From contig CADBXQ010000007.1 in the NCBI GenBank assembly GCA_902798675.1, positions 1 to 24,386 on the forward strand: a DNA stretch of 24,386 bases. The letters run 5' to 3'. Position 1 is the first letter of the stretch. Every line of letters begins with the position of its first letter. Shown one piece after another: positions 1-9,819 of the stretch. Both the position numbers and the translations under genes were made by a program. This stretch comes from Oscillospiraceae bacterium. GTDB lineage: Bacteria > Bacillota > Clostridia > Oscillospirales > Ruminococcaceae. The notes beneath the pieces are model-generated. The model ran no database searches, had not been told where the DNA came from, and saw nothing but the letters and a program-made list of their open reading frames with translations.

Positions 1-2532
1 TTCAGCGGACAGTTTCTCGCAATCAGATTCAGTGGCTCTGTCCAAACCGCGCAAATTGCAAATGAAATTGAAACCAAACTTGCAAGAATTAATTTTTTGT
101 TTTTTAAATGGTTGATTTGAAAAATGGATTTTGTTTCGCTTTTGCATTCAAAAACGTGGATAAGCTGCAAAAAGACAAGCGTTAAAAAGATGGATGTTCG
201 AGCTGTTTCGAGAGAATATGTCATTTTCCAAATTATTGTGAAAACCGTTAGCGTTGTGAATGCAATTAAAAGCCCGCGGACAATGATTGTTAGCATAAGC
301 CCGCCTGAAAATATGCTCTCATTTGGATCTCTTGGAGGCTTTTTCATTATGTCATCATCACCTGGCTCAAGGCCAAGCGCAATCGCCGGCAGCCCATCCG
401 TGACCAAATTAATCAGCAAAATCTGCATCGGCAAAAGCGGAACCGGCATTCCAATTAACATTGCAAAAAGAGTTGTTAAAACTTCACCCATATTACAAGA
501 AAGCAAATATCTCATAAATTTTCGAATATTACCATATATTATTCGACCCTCTTCAACCGCCGCAACAAGAGTTGCAAAATTATCATCAAGCAATATTAAA
601 TCCGCGGCCTGTTTTGAAACGTCGCTTCCGCCCTTTCCCATAGAAACGCCAATGTTGGCTTCTTTAATCGCTGGCGCATCATTAACACCATCCCCAGTCA
701 TCGCGACAACATTTCCTAAATTTTTAAACATTTTAACAATTCTTAGTTTGTGTTTCGGAGAAACCCTTGCAAAAACGGTCGTCTTTTTAATAATCTCCTT
801 CAAAGCAGAATCGCTCATTTGGTCGAGCTCTTTGCCTTCAACACACATATCGCCTCTTTCAAGTCATAACCGCAGACTTTGCTTCCTGCCTTGGAGGGTC
901 CTGCATGGCGACCAGGCCGAGAAAGGTTAAATTTTCGTCGCTTTGATAGTCTAGAATTTCTTTATATGCAAAAGCTAAAACTCTCATTCCGCTTCCCGCA
1001 AGCTCTTGGTTTTTTCGATCAAAAATCGGCCGAACTTTTAAAAAAGGCTCCAAGCCATGCTCGCCTTCATATGCCTCGCAACGGCCCAGGATCACGTCAT
1101 ACGCGCCCTTTAAAAAAGCAAACTTTCTCCCCGATCGATCCTGAACAAAAACCGTCATACACTTGCTGGACGAGTCAAACGGGATTTGGTCATATACAGT
1201 GTATTTTTCCTTCAAATCTTCTCGATATAGCCCACCTTTTGCTGCTGCAATCAAAAGCGAAGTTTCAGTTGGGTCTCCAAACGCCCTAAAACTTCCAGAT
1301 TTTTCAAAGATTTCTGGCCCATTTTTAAAGACAATTCGAGAGTCATTGCAAACAACACAGATTTCCAAAAGGCGTTCCAAAGAAGGAATGGATGAAATGT
1401 TAACTCGCTCCCCAAAGCGAACAAAAAAGCCTTTTAAGCTGGATCCTTCTCCTTCAATTTTAAATTCACAATCCGCAGTTATTATTTTTTTGACTGTCAT
1501 TTTATTTTGAGTTATTGTTCCTGTTTTATCAGTGCATATGACGTTTGCACATCCCAAAGTCTCAACAGCGTGAAGCTTTCGAACCAAGGCCTTTCGCCGA
1601 ACCATGCGCTTAACAGCCAACGCCAAAGCTATGGTGACGATGGCGGGCAGGCCCTCAGGAACAGAAGCAACAGCAACAGACAAGCCGGTTATTATCATGT
1701 TGAAAGGATCTTCTCCTCGCAAAATTCCCGCCAGAATCACAACAATCGAAACAACCAAACAACCAAGGATTATGAATTTTCCCATTTGATCTAATTTTTT
1801 TTGCAGGGGAGTCTGGCTGTTTTCCGAATTTCCGAGCATTCCAGCAATTTTCCCCATTTGAGTTTTCATCCCGGTTTTGACAACTCTTGCTCTCCCATAT
1901 CCTTTTAAAATTGACGTTCCCATATACAAAAGATTGTTTTTTTCAGCTTCTTTAAAAACCAAGTCGGATTCGCCTGTCAAAATGGATTCATCCGCCTCAA
2001 GCCTTCTGGATTCCAGCAAAACAGCATCAGCAGGAACGTTGTCCCCTGCTTCAACAAGAATTTCATCCCCACGAACCAAAAAATTTGCTGGAATTTTACA
2101 CAGTTTCCCATCTCGAAAAACCTTCGCCAAAGGAGAAACCATGTTTTCAAGCGCCTCAAGAGTTTTTTCAGTTTTATATTCCTGAATAAATCCCATAACC
2201 GCGCCCAAAAACAAAATAATTGAAATTGAAATTGCCTCCAACATTTCGCCCATAAACGCCGAAATCAGCATCGCAGCAAGCAGGATTAAAACTAAAAAAT
2301 CCTTAAACTGCCCCGCAAAAATCCTAGCTGCAGAAACTTTTTTTTGCAAAGAAAGCTTGTTTTCGCCCTCTTTTTTCAAAATATCCAGAGCCTTTTTCGA
2401 GCTCAACCCCCGAATTTTTTTCTTTTTTGGTTTAAAACCACAATCTGATTTTTTAGGCCTGGGCCCTGGCTCAAAACTTTTATCTATGTTTGGCTCGTCG
2501 ATAAACAAGCGAAATATTGACGGCAATTTCAC
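1..2532 (-). pseudogene. SERCA-like (P2A) cation/Ca2+-transporting P-type ATPase, YloB-like, split by an internal frameshifting deletion at about 859-864; 3' end runs off the window
   Basis: Fragment 1 (2532..859; GTG start, GGAGG at 2540-2544) has TGES, PEGL, DKTGT, GDPTE and KGA, and stops at DPPRQEAKSAVMT*. Fragment 2 (863..1, different frame, no stop seen, read manually) runs LERGDMCVEGKELDQMSD...FARVSPKHK...MTGDGVNDAPAIK...SCNMGEV...INLVTDGLPA. The conserved CxxAGI..MITGD..TA.AIA segment between them is absent. Confidence 0.9.
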
Positions 2533-2588
2533 AACAATTCCTCCATTGTTTAGGGCTAAAATATCAACTCATGGATAATAATATTAAA

Positions 2589-2617
2589 TTTATATGAAAA
2601 TTCAGATGATGTTATGA
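2589..2617 (-). promoter_or_regulatory. Candidate sigmaE-like promoter for the ATPase gene
   Basis: Minus strand reads TCATAAC-N14-CATATAAA. Spacing and CATA core fit the sigmaE consensus, but the last T of the -10 element is displaced by one base. AT-rich context makes a chance match possible. Confidence 0.35.
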
Positions 2618-2655
2618 AAAAATAGCCCAACAAACCAAGAACTTTTAAAACAAGC

Positions 2656-3210
2656 CTATTTCACAGCCATTTGCTTTAAAAGCTTGTTCAAAAGCGGAGA
2701 AAGCATGATAAAAACACAAACATTTATTGGAATTGTTATCAAATTTTTGGGTATGCGCACGGAAACCAAAAGCTCAAAAAAGCCAATTCCATGAAGAATG
2801 CTGATCCAAAATGTGTTCATAAAAACATTGACAACTGTGTCAACAACAACTTCTGCAAAAACTATTCTTAAAACGCTAAATCTGTTTTTATATAAAATCA
2901 AGCCATAAATAAGTCCAGCAACCATTGCGCTGAGCGTGAAGCCAAAAAAGAAACATCCCATTGGATGGACAATATATGACAAAATGTCGCCAACTGCTCC
3001 AAACAAAGCCGCAACAAACGGGCCAAACATCCCGCCTGTGATCCCCGCAACAATAAAAACAAACGAAATATAGCACAAGGGCGACAAAGGAAGGGTTAAA
3101 AAATCCAAACAAACCCTCAAAGCCAGGAGCAAAGAAACGATGCATAAATTTTTAACACTTTTTAGCTCACAAGCAGAATCTCGAAATAATTTAGCAATTC
3201 TCAAAATCAA
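2656..3210 (-). CDS. folT: Folate-family ECF transporter S component
   Basis: 184 aa, highly hydrophobic. Motifs GGMFGPFVAALFGAVGDIL, P.G.FFFGFTLSA, N.FMNTFW and R.PKNLI are typical of FolT. TTG start after AAGGGAG. Confidence 0.85.
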   Translation of the reverse strand: MILRIAKLFRDSACELKSVKNLCIVSLLLALRVCLDFLTLPLSPLCYISFVFIVAGITGGMFGPFVAALFGAVGDILSYIVHPMGCFFFGFTLSAMVAGLIYGLILYKNRFSVLRIVFAEVVVDTVVNVFMNTFWISILHGIGFFELLVSVRIPKNLITIPINVCVFIMLSPLLNKLLKQMAVK

Positions 3211-3227
3211 AAACTCCCTTTTTCTTT

Positions 3228-3274
3228 AAAACAAATCGCCACTTTGCCCAAAAATTTAATGAGCAAAATGGCAA
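3228..3274 (-). terminator. Intrinsic terminator-like hairpin downstream of ispH-rpsA
   Basis: Minus strand TTGCCATTTTGCTC-N11-GGGCAAAGTGGCGA forms a 14-bp stem (3 G-U pairs, so strand-specific) followed by TTTGTTTT. Confidence 0.75.
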
Positions 3275-3300
3275 AACATAAATCGAACACACAAAATCCA

Positions 3301-5340
3301 TTACCTGACAACTACGCCACCATTACTCACTTCAACACCCTCAATTTTTTCGACAGCTCTCAGGTTTTCATTTTCTTCTTTTCTCGCCTCAGTTTCCATC
3401 AAAGCTCTGACAGACAAACTAACGCGCTTTGAATCATAGTCTATTTCCCATATCTTCGCCCTAACAACCTGACCAACAGAGAAAGAGTCTGATATCAATC
3501 CTATGGGTCTGTCGGCAAGTTGGGATATATGAATCAGCCCGTCAACTCCGGGGATTATCTCAACAAAAACACCAAACGACTTAATTGAATATATCTTGGC
3601 TTCAACGACTTGGCCAACCGAATAATTTTTGACAAAAACATTCCAAGGATTATCTGCTTCCTTGCGATATGAAAGAGAAATTTTGCTGTTTTCTTTGTCT
3701 AAAGATTTAACAACAACTTCAATTTCGTCATCAACGCTGACAACTTCAGAAGGGTGTTTAACCCTGCTCCAAGAAAGCTCGCTGATGTGGATCATTCCGT
3801 CAACACCGCCCAAATCAACAAAAACTCCATAGTTCGTTATTGACTTGACAACTCCAGTTCGAACATCTCCAACGCTAATCTCTTTCCAAAGCTTTTCAGC
3901 CTTGAGTTGCCTCAATTCGCTGAGAACTTTGCGAACAGACCCAACCGCTCGATATTTGTTCACATTAACGTCGAGCACTTTAAAATCGACAGCTTTGCCT
4001 ATAAAATCGCTCGCATTTTCAACTTTCCTTTCTGAAAGCTGGGAAATAGGTATAAAAATCTTAACTCCACAAGTTATTGCCAAAACCCCGCCCCTGACAG
4101 CATCGGTTATCACTCCGTTTAAAGTCTTGTCCTGCTCCATAGCTTCCAAAAGCATTTCATAGCCTTTTGAAACATCATAGCGCTTTTTAGACAGCGTCAC
4201 TATCCCATCTTGATCGCTGTTTTTTGTGACTATTAAATCAACCTCATCATCTTTTTCCAAAACATCTTCAGCTTTTAAAGAACTGTCAACCGAAAGTTCA
4301 GACGCTGGAATAACCCCGGCCTGTTTGCCGCCAATGTCAACCTGAACTTCATTTTTCAAAACCGCAGTCACAACGCCTCGAACTTTTTTGCCGACGCCAT
4401 AAACGGCCTGCTGACCGGATTGTTCCAACATTTCAGCAAAATTTTCTTCGCTTGAATTATCAGGACACTCCACATTTTTTAATTCCTCGTTTAATTTCTC
4501 GCTCATGACTTCATGAACCTCCTTTATTATTTGAGCTGGAGTTGATGCACCGGCTGTTATACCTATTTTTGGCGGCAAAGGACCCAAATCAAACCCACGA
4601 AGCTCATCTGCCGTTTCAACCCAAAAAGTTTTGCAGCGAGTTTTGCATAAATTAAACAATTTTTTTGTATTTGAACTACACCTACCGCCGACAACAACCA
4701 ACAACTCAACTCTATCAGCCAAAGACATCGCTTCCCTTTGTCTGATGCTCGTCGCATTACATATTGTAGCAAATATTTTAACATTTGTACATAGCTTTTT
4801 TACAATTTCTATACATTTTCTCCATAATGCCAAATTAAACGTGGTTTGAGAGACTAAAATTAGTGCATTATCCACAAAATTTCCATAAATTTCTATTAAT
4901 TTCCTTAAATCGGATGGTGTTGAAAAAACATATGATCTTCCAACACAGTGGCCTCTGATTCCAATAACTTCGGGGTGGGAAGAGTCGCCTGCTATTAAAA
5001 TTATTTTTCCATCTTCAGACTCTTTTTTGACAATTTTATGAATTCTTTTAACAAACGGACAGGTTGCATCTTCAAATTTAATCTTGTTTTTATCAATATA
5101 TTCATATATATCCCGCTTCACTCCGTGTGATCGTATGACTAGAGTTTCATCCTTCTCAACTTCCGCTGCAGATTTGACTGTTCTCACGCCTCTTTGTGCT
5201 AAATCCTCAACAACCTGCGGATTATGTATGATAGGGCCCAATGTGCAGACCTTTTGGCCTTTGTTTAAAAGGTCATAAACCATCCTAACCCCTCGATCAA
5301 CGCCAAAGCAAAACCCCGCAGTTTTAGCAATTTCAATCAT
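3301..5340 (-). CDS. ispH-rpsA: Bifunctional IspH (HMBPP reductase) / ribosomal protein S1 fusion
   Basis: N-terminal ~280 aa has the three 4Fe-4S cysteines (GFCFGV, DATCPFV, TICNAT) plus IHN, SHG, HPEV, QTT, SSNT and GITAGASTP. The C-terminal part has four S1 repeats (e.g. GVFVDLGGVDGMIHISELSW). ATGA overlap with the plsC stop. Confidence 0.95.
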   Translation of the reverse strand: MIEIAKTAGFCFGVDRGVRMVYDLLNKGQKVCTLGPIIHNPQVVEDLAQRGVRTVKSAAEVEKDETLVIRSHGVKRDIYEYIDKNKIKFEDATCPFVKRIHKIVKKESEDGKIILIAGDSSHPEVIGIRGHCVGRSYVFSTPSDLRKLIEIYGNFVDNALILVSQTTFNLALWRKCIEIVKKLCTNVKIFATICNATSIRQREAMSLADRVELLVVVGGRCSSNTKKLFNLCKTRCKTFWVETADELRGFDLGPLPPKIGITAGASTPAQIIKEVHEVMSEKLNEELKNVECPDNSSEENFAEMLEQSGQQAVYGVGKKVRGVVTAVLKNEVQVDIGGKQAGVIPASELSVDSSLKAEDVLEKDDEVDLIVTKNSDQDGIVTLSKKRYDVSKGYEMLLEAMEQDKTLNGVITDAVRGGVLAITCGVKIFIPISQLSERKVENASDFIGKAVDFKVLDVNVNKYRAVGSVRKVLSELRQLKAEKLWKEISVGDVRTGVVKSITNYGVFVDLGGVDGMIHISELSWSRVKHPSEVVSVDDEIEVVVKSLDKENSKISLSYRKEADNPWNVFVKNYSVGQVVEAKIYSIKSFGVFVEIIPGVDGLIHISQLADRPIGLISDSFSVGQVVRAKIWEIDYDSKRVSLSVRALMETEARKEENENLRAVEKIEGVEVSNGGVVVR

Positions 5341-5957
5341 TTTTCTCTTCCTCGCTGCATATCGTGGATTTTAGCAACCTCTCTCCAAGATTTTTCAAGA
5401 ATTGCTTTTATAGAGTCTGACCGAGAATCAATTTTATTGGAAATTTCACCCTCTGAAACGCCGATGGGATGGCCATATTCAACAAAAACCCTGCTTCTTG
5501 GACGTTTGCCGCAGTAAAAAATTGAGCAGGGAATGATTTTTGCGTCGGTTTCCAAAGCGATCTTTGCAAATCCAACTTTAGGCTTTGAAAGTTTTCCATC
5601 TTTAGACCTGGTTCCTTCCGGAAACATGGCCAGCATTTTGCCGCAATTCACAAGATCTTTGGCTGTCTTGATTGCTTTGGAGTCTCTGCTGCCTCTTTTA
5701 ACAGGAAACGCGCCTAATTTTTTTATAATAAAAGATAAAATAGGTATTTTAAACAATTCTTGTTTTGCCATAAAAAACAATCGTCTATTTTTAATATATA
5801 GCCCCAGCATCACAGGATCTAAATTTGATTGATGATTTGAGATTAATATGAATTTTCCTTCGCCAAGCGGAATATTTTCAAGGCCTTTAACATTTATTTT
5901 AAAATATAATTTGAAGAACAATATGCAAACTTTTTGCGCAAAGCCATAAAAACTCAT
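5337..5957 (-). CDS. plsC: 1-acyl-sn-glycerol-3-phosphate acyltransferase
   Basis: NHQSNLD (HX4D), FFMAK and FPEGTRS motifs; 206 aa; ATGA-coupled to cmk and ispH. Confidence 0.92.
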   Translation of the reverse strand: MSFYGFAQKVCILFFKLYFKINVKGLENIPLGEGKFILISNHQSNLDPVMLGLYIKNRRLFFMAKQELFKIPILSFIIKKLGAFPVKRGSRDSKAIKTAKDLVNCGKMLAMFPEGTRSKDGKLSKPKVGFAKIALETDAKIIPCSIFYCGKRPRSRVFVEYGHPIGVSEGEISNKIDSRSDSIKAILEKSWREVAKIHDMQRGREK

Positions 5958-6631
5958 ATATTTTTTTCAACTCCATTTTTTTTTATAATTTTCAAAACAT
6001 TTTCGACAGATTCTTCTAGAGACAGATTGGTTGTGTCAACTAAAATGGCGTCAGCAGCAATCTTTAGCGGCGCAAATTTTCTGTTTGTGTCTTGTAAATC
6101 ACGCTGTTTTATATATTTCAAGACCTCTTCAAATTTAACCTCCTGACCCATTTTAAGCAATTCATTAAACCTGCGCGTGGCTCTTGAATTTATTGAGGCT
6201 GTCAAAAATATTTTCACATTTGCGTCTGGCAAAACCACCGTTCCAATGTCTCTTCCATCCATGACAACATCATGATTTTTCGCGATATCCCTTTGCAAAT
6301 CCAGCAGATATTCCCTGACTTGACATATCGCAGAAACATCAGAAGCCGCCATAGAAACCTGATCGCTCCTGATGAAATCGCTGACATCTTCCCCGCAAAG
6401 AAAAACTTTTTGGCTTTTTCCGACATATCGAATGGATATTTCACAATGTTTAAGTTTTGAAACAACTCTGTCGGTTTTTTTTAAATCAATATCATTTTTT
6501 ATCATATAAAGCCCAACAGCTCGATATAATGCGCCTGTGTCTAAATATATTATGCCAAGTCTTTTGGAAACTTCCCGAGCAATCGAGCTTTTTCCAGCGC
6601 CCGCAGGCCCGTCTATAGCTATGTTGTTCAT
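5954..6631 (-). CDS. cmk: Cytidylate kinase
   Basis: IAIDGPAGAGKS P-loop, YLDTGALYRA and DGRDIGTVVLPDA. Start moved from the ORF-track 6688 to the ATG at 6631, which follows AAGGGG and overlaps the upstream TGA. Confidence 0.95.
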   Translation of the reverse strand: MNNIAIDGPAGAGKSSIAREVSKRLGIIYLDTGALYRAVGLYMIKNDIDLKKTDRVVSKLKHCEISIRYVGKSQKVFLCGEDVSDFIRSDQVSMAASDVSAICQVREYLLDLQRDIAKNHDVVMDGRDIGTVVLPDANVKIFLTASINSRATRRFNELLKMGQEVKFEEVLKYIKQRDLQDTNRKFAPLKIAADAILVDTTNLSLEESVENVLKIIKKNGVEKNI

Positions 6632-7869
6632 GTTAAAAATCCCCTTTTCATCGAAATTGCAAAAGCAGCAGCCGCAGCAGTTGACCAAGCAACCTGCAAA
6701 TTAAAACCGCCAGTATATCCATCAACATCCAAAACTTCCCCAATGAAATACAACCCTTTTTTCAATTTGCTTTCCATGGTTTTCGGATTTATTTGGCTAA
6801 CATCAACTCCGCCCGAAGTTATTATAGCATATTCTATTGGTCTAAAGGATTTAACGTCAATTTCCAATTTTTTCAAAAGAGTCACTAATTTTTTTCTGTG
6901 CTTTTTGCTAAACTGATTAGCCTTAGAGCCTGGCTTTAAGCCCATCATGTCAAAAATTATCCCAACCAGTTTGCTTGGAAGGAGTTTTTTTAATATATTT
7001 ATCACATCACAATTGGGAAAGTCAGAAATTTCCCGAACAATTCTTCGGTCCAGTTTATCAAAATCAAGCGCAGGCTTTAAATCTAAAAGCAGTTTATATT
7101 TTTTGGCCTCAATCTTTCGCATATGGGATGAAGCGCTCAAAACAAGCGGCCCTGAAACTCCAAAATGCGTGAACAAAAGCTCGCCCTGATCAGAAAAAAT
7201 CGGAATATCCCCCTCAAAAACAGTCAGCCTAACGTTTTTTAAAGACAGCCCCTGCGCCCTTGTTGGCCATTTTTGACGGGTCAATATCGGAACAAGAGAA
7301 GGTGATATTTTGGATATTGTGTGGCCTGCTTTTTTAGCCCAAACATATCCATCACCAGTTGATCCGGTCTGTGGATATGACAAGCCCCCCGTTGCAATAA
7401 CAACGTTTTCGCAAAAAATTTTTCCGTCACCAAGCTCAACTCCCAAAACCTTTTCTTCATTATATATAACATCAAAAGCAGCCTTGTTCAAAATTTTAAC
7501 ACCATATTTTTTGCAAAAATCAACAAGCGTTTCAACAATTTCCGACGCCCTATCCGAAGCCGGAAAAACCCTCCTTCCGCGCTCAACTTTTAATTTAACG
7601 CCCAAATTTTCAAAAAAAGAGAAAGCATCATCCGGACCAAACCGAGCCAACGCCCCATACAAAAAATTTCCATTAACAATCAAATTTTTAACAACTTCGC
7701 CAGCCCCGCATTTGTTAGTTAAATTACACCTGCCCTTTCCCGTTATTGAAAGCTTTTTCCCAAGCTCTTTGTTTTTTTCAAGCAAAACAACCTCAAGCCC
7801 AAAATTTGCAAGCAAACCAGCAGCCAAAAGCCCTGAAGCTCCGCCGCCAATAACAACAACATCTGTCAT
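6628..7869 (-). CDS. HI0933/YhiN-family NAD(P)/FAD-dependent oxidoreductase
   Basis: GGGASG FAD motif, GKKLSITGKGRCNLTN, ATGGLSYPQTGSTGDG, GELLFTHFGVSGP, TSGGV and GEVLDVDGYTGGFNLQ. Confidence 0.92.
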   Translation of the reverse strand: MTDVVVIGGGASGLLAAGLLANFGLEVVLLEKNKELGKKLSITGKGRCNLTNKCGAGEVVKNLIVNGNFLYGALARFGPDDAFSFFENLGVKLKVERGRRVFPASDRASEIVETLVDFCKKYGVKILNKAAFDVIYNEEKVLGVELGDGKIFCENVVIATGGLSYPQTGSTGDGYVWAKKAGHTISKISPSLVPILTRQKWPTRAQGLSLKNVRLTVFEGDIPIFSDQGELLFTHFGVSGPLVLSASSHMRKIEAKKYKLLLDLKPALDFDKLDRRIVREISDFPNCDVINILKKLLPSKLVGIIFDMMGLKPGSKANQFSKKHRKKLVTLLKKLEIDVKSFRPIEYAIITSGGVDVSQINPKTMESKLKKGLYFIGEVLDVDGYTGGFNLQVAWSTAAAAAFAISMKRGFLT

Positions 7870-8799
7870 CTAATTTTCCCTTTTTGTTTTGGATTTTTCA
7901 AAAACCTCATATTTTTTCCATATTTGCTCTAATTTTTGAAAGGTTTTAGATATTTCGGATTTTTTGCAAAGTCCAACCGCAACAACCAGCGCGTTAAGAA
8001 GCGACAAAGGCGCAACCAAGCCATCAACAAAAGAAACCATGGCGCTTTGAGCCAGGAGAACCGAATCCGCTTTGGCTGCAAGCGGCGAGCCGACGCTATC
8101 TGTGATTGCAATGGTTTTAGCATGGTTGCTGTGTGCATAATGAAACGCCTGAACTGTGTTGCTGGAATAACGAGGAAAACTGATCCCAATTAAGACGTCT
8201 CCTTCTTTAATATTCAATATTTTTTCAAACGTTTCGCTTTTGCTTTTAGTATATATAACTCTAACATCTTCAAATATAAACGAAAAATAAAAATTAACAA
8301 AACTCGCCAAAACCGAGGCGCTTCCAGTTCCGATGATATATATCTTTTTCGCAGCAACTATAAACCTGACGGCATTTTCAAAATCTTTGCGCGAAACCCG
8401 ATCAAGCGTTGTCTTGATTTTATCCACATCCAGGTTCAAAACTCGAGACAAAACGTCCTCTTGAGGGCCGATTTGATCATCTGCAACTCGAACTCTTTCA
8501 ACAGTTGTTAACTTATTTTGAATTATCTTTTTAAGCGCTTTTTGAAAAGCTGGATATCCACTAAATCCGATCTCAACCGCAAATCGAACAACAGTTGACT
8601 CGCTGACCCCAGCTGCTTCCCCAAGCCTAGCCGCTGTCATAAAAGCAGATTTATCATAGTTATTTATCAAAAAGTCAAATATTTTCTTCTGGCTCTTTGA
8701 CAATTTAGGCGCCTTTTCCATCAAACTTTCCAAAAAATCCGACTCAAAAACCCTTCCATCTAAATAATCTCGCCCAATCAAGCAAAAACACACCACCAC
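7870..8799 (-). CDS. MurR/RpiR-family transcriptional regulator (HTH + SIS); true start uncertain, between 8799 and 8721
   Basis: LSKSQKKIFDFL...MTAARLGEAAGVSESTVVRFAVEIGFSGYP HTH; SIS domain with GISFPRYS and ITDSVGSPLA. Confidence 0.9.
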   Translation of the reverse strand: MVVCFCLIGRDYLDGRVFESDFLESLMEKAPKLSKSQKKIFDFLINNYDKSAFMTAARLGEAAGVSESTVVRFAVEIGFSGYPAFQKALKKIIQNKLTTVERVRVADDQIGPQEDVLSRVLNLDVDKIKTTLDRVSRKDFENAVRFIVAAKKIYIIGTGSASVLASFVNFYFSFIFEDVRVIYTKSKSETFEKILNIKEGDVLIGISFPRYSSNTVQAFHYAHSNHAKTIAITDSVGSPLAAKADSVLLAQSAMVSFVDGLVAPLSLLNALVVAVGLCKKSEISKTFQKLEQIWKKYEVFEKSKTKREN

Positions 8800-8827
8800 G
8801 CTCTGAAAATATATTTATTTCAACCTC

Positions 8828-8855
8828 AATTTAAAAGCATAATATCCTTTGTCAA
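8828..8855 (-). promoter_or_regulatory. Candidate sigmaA promoter for the rpiR-...-ispH/rpsA operon
   Basis: TTGACA-N16-TAAATT: perfect -35, weak -10, just upstream of rpiR. Confidence 0.45.
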
Positions 8856-9682
8856 GACGCCTTTTCATTTGATTCACGCTTTTTGTTTAGCTTTCTAAGC
8901 GCAGACTCAACCTCTTCATTTATTTTATTTTTCAAGAAATCAACATCAAAGTCAACACTAATTTTTTCCATATCGCCCATATCAGCATCAACAACCGCCC
9001 GAGCGCCATTTTTTAGCATATTTTCAACAGCAAGTTTTGCTGCGCAAATGATTTCATCAGCCTTTTTTTGAGAAATTTCAACCATTTTTTTTGCCTCTTT
9101 TTTTGAGCCATCAGTGAATTCGTATGCGCGATTTGCTGCGTTTTGCAAAATTTTAGACGCCTCTTCCCGCGCTTTTTTTCGCAAACAAGCGCCTTCTCTT
9201 TCTGCCAAAGCAAGATTTTCCCGATATTCCTGTTGAACTTTTAACTTTGCCTTTTGAATGATTTTTTTGACCCGCTGCTTTGCAACCATTTCAGCGTATT
9301 TAATCTTATTTTCAATTTTTTTATTTTCATCTATAAAGGCGTCTAGTTGGCTCTCTAAATCCTGAATCTTTTTATTCATTTGGCATATAACCTGGTCTTT
9401 AAAATCAATTAGCTCAGTCTTTTTTAAAATCTCTTCTTCAAATTCTCTGTTGCTTTGAAGCATCTCATCTCTTAAATTTTTAATTTCCGCGTAAAATATT
9501 TTGCATTTAGCTTCATATTCTAAAATTTCTGAATCTTTCTGCTGAATTTGAGATTCATAGTCTTTTTTTAGCAAATCAACATCAGAATTAAATCTGCTAG
9601 CCATATTCGTTATATATCGGACAACATGTTCTCTATCAAACCCACCAAAAACAACTGTCTTAAATTTCTGACTCTCTAACAT
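8852..9682 (-). CDS. DivIVA-like coiled-coil protein
   Basis: N-terminal FKTVVFGGFDREHVVRYI resembles the DivIVA membrane-targeting motif (F....RGY....V..FL), followed by a long K/E/Q/A-rich coiled coil. Lies directly downstream of ftsZ. Confidence 0.65.
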   Translation of the reverse strand: MLESQKFKTVVFGGFDREHVVRYITNMASRFNSDVDLLKKDYESQIQQKDSEILEYEAKCKIFYAEIKNLRDEMLQSNREFEEEILKKTELIDFKDQVICQMNKKIQDLESQLDAFIDENKKIENKIKYAEMVAKQRVKKIIQKAKLKVQQEYRENLALAEREGACLRKKAREEASKILQNAANRAYEFTDGSKKEAKKMVEISQKKADEIICAAKLAVENMLKNGARAVVDADMGDMEKISVDFDVDFLKNKINEEVESALRKLNKKRESNEKAS

Positions 9683-9819
9683 ATATTAACATCCCGCTTT
9701 CAAACAACACCAACTATATTTTTTAATAAGCGTTAATAAAATTTTATAGATAATCACAAATACTCTAAAACATTTTAAAAAACTCTAATCTTTAAGATAT
9801 ATAAAGCGCGTTAAAGTGA

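Noticed and set aside
124-930. 268-aa plus-strand ORF
   Set aside because: Antisense shadow of the conserved C-terminal half of the P-type ATPase; no RBS or recognisable motif.
6632-6688. N-terminal Cys-rich extension of Cmk (MVNCCGCCFCN) in the ORF track
   Set aside because: It is an alternative-frame reading of the HI0933 gene's 3' end; the true cmk start is the SD-linked ATG at 6631.
8420-8428. Perfect DnaA box TTATCCACA
   Set aside because: Single copy inside the rpiR CDS; no cluster or DUE, so not an origin.
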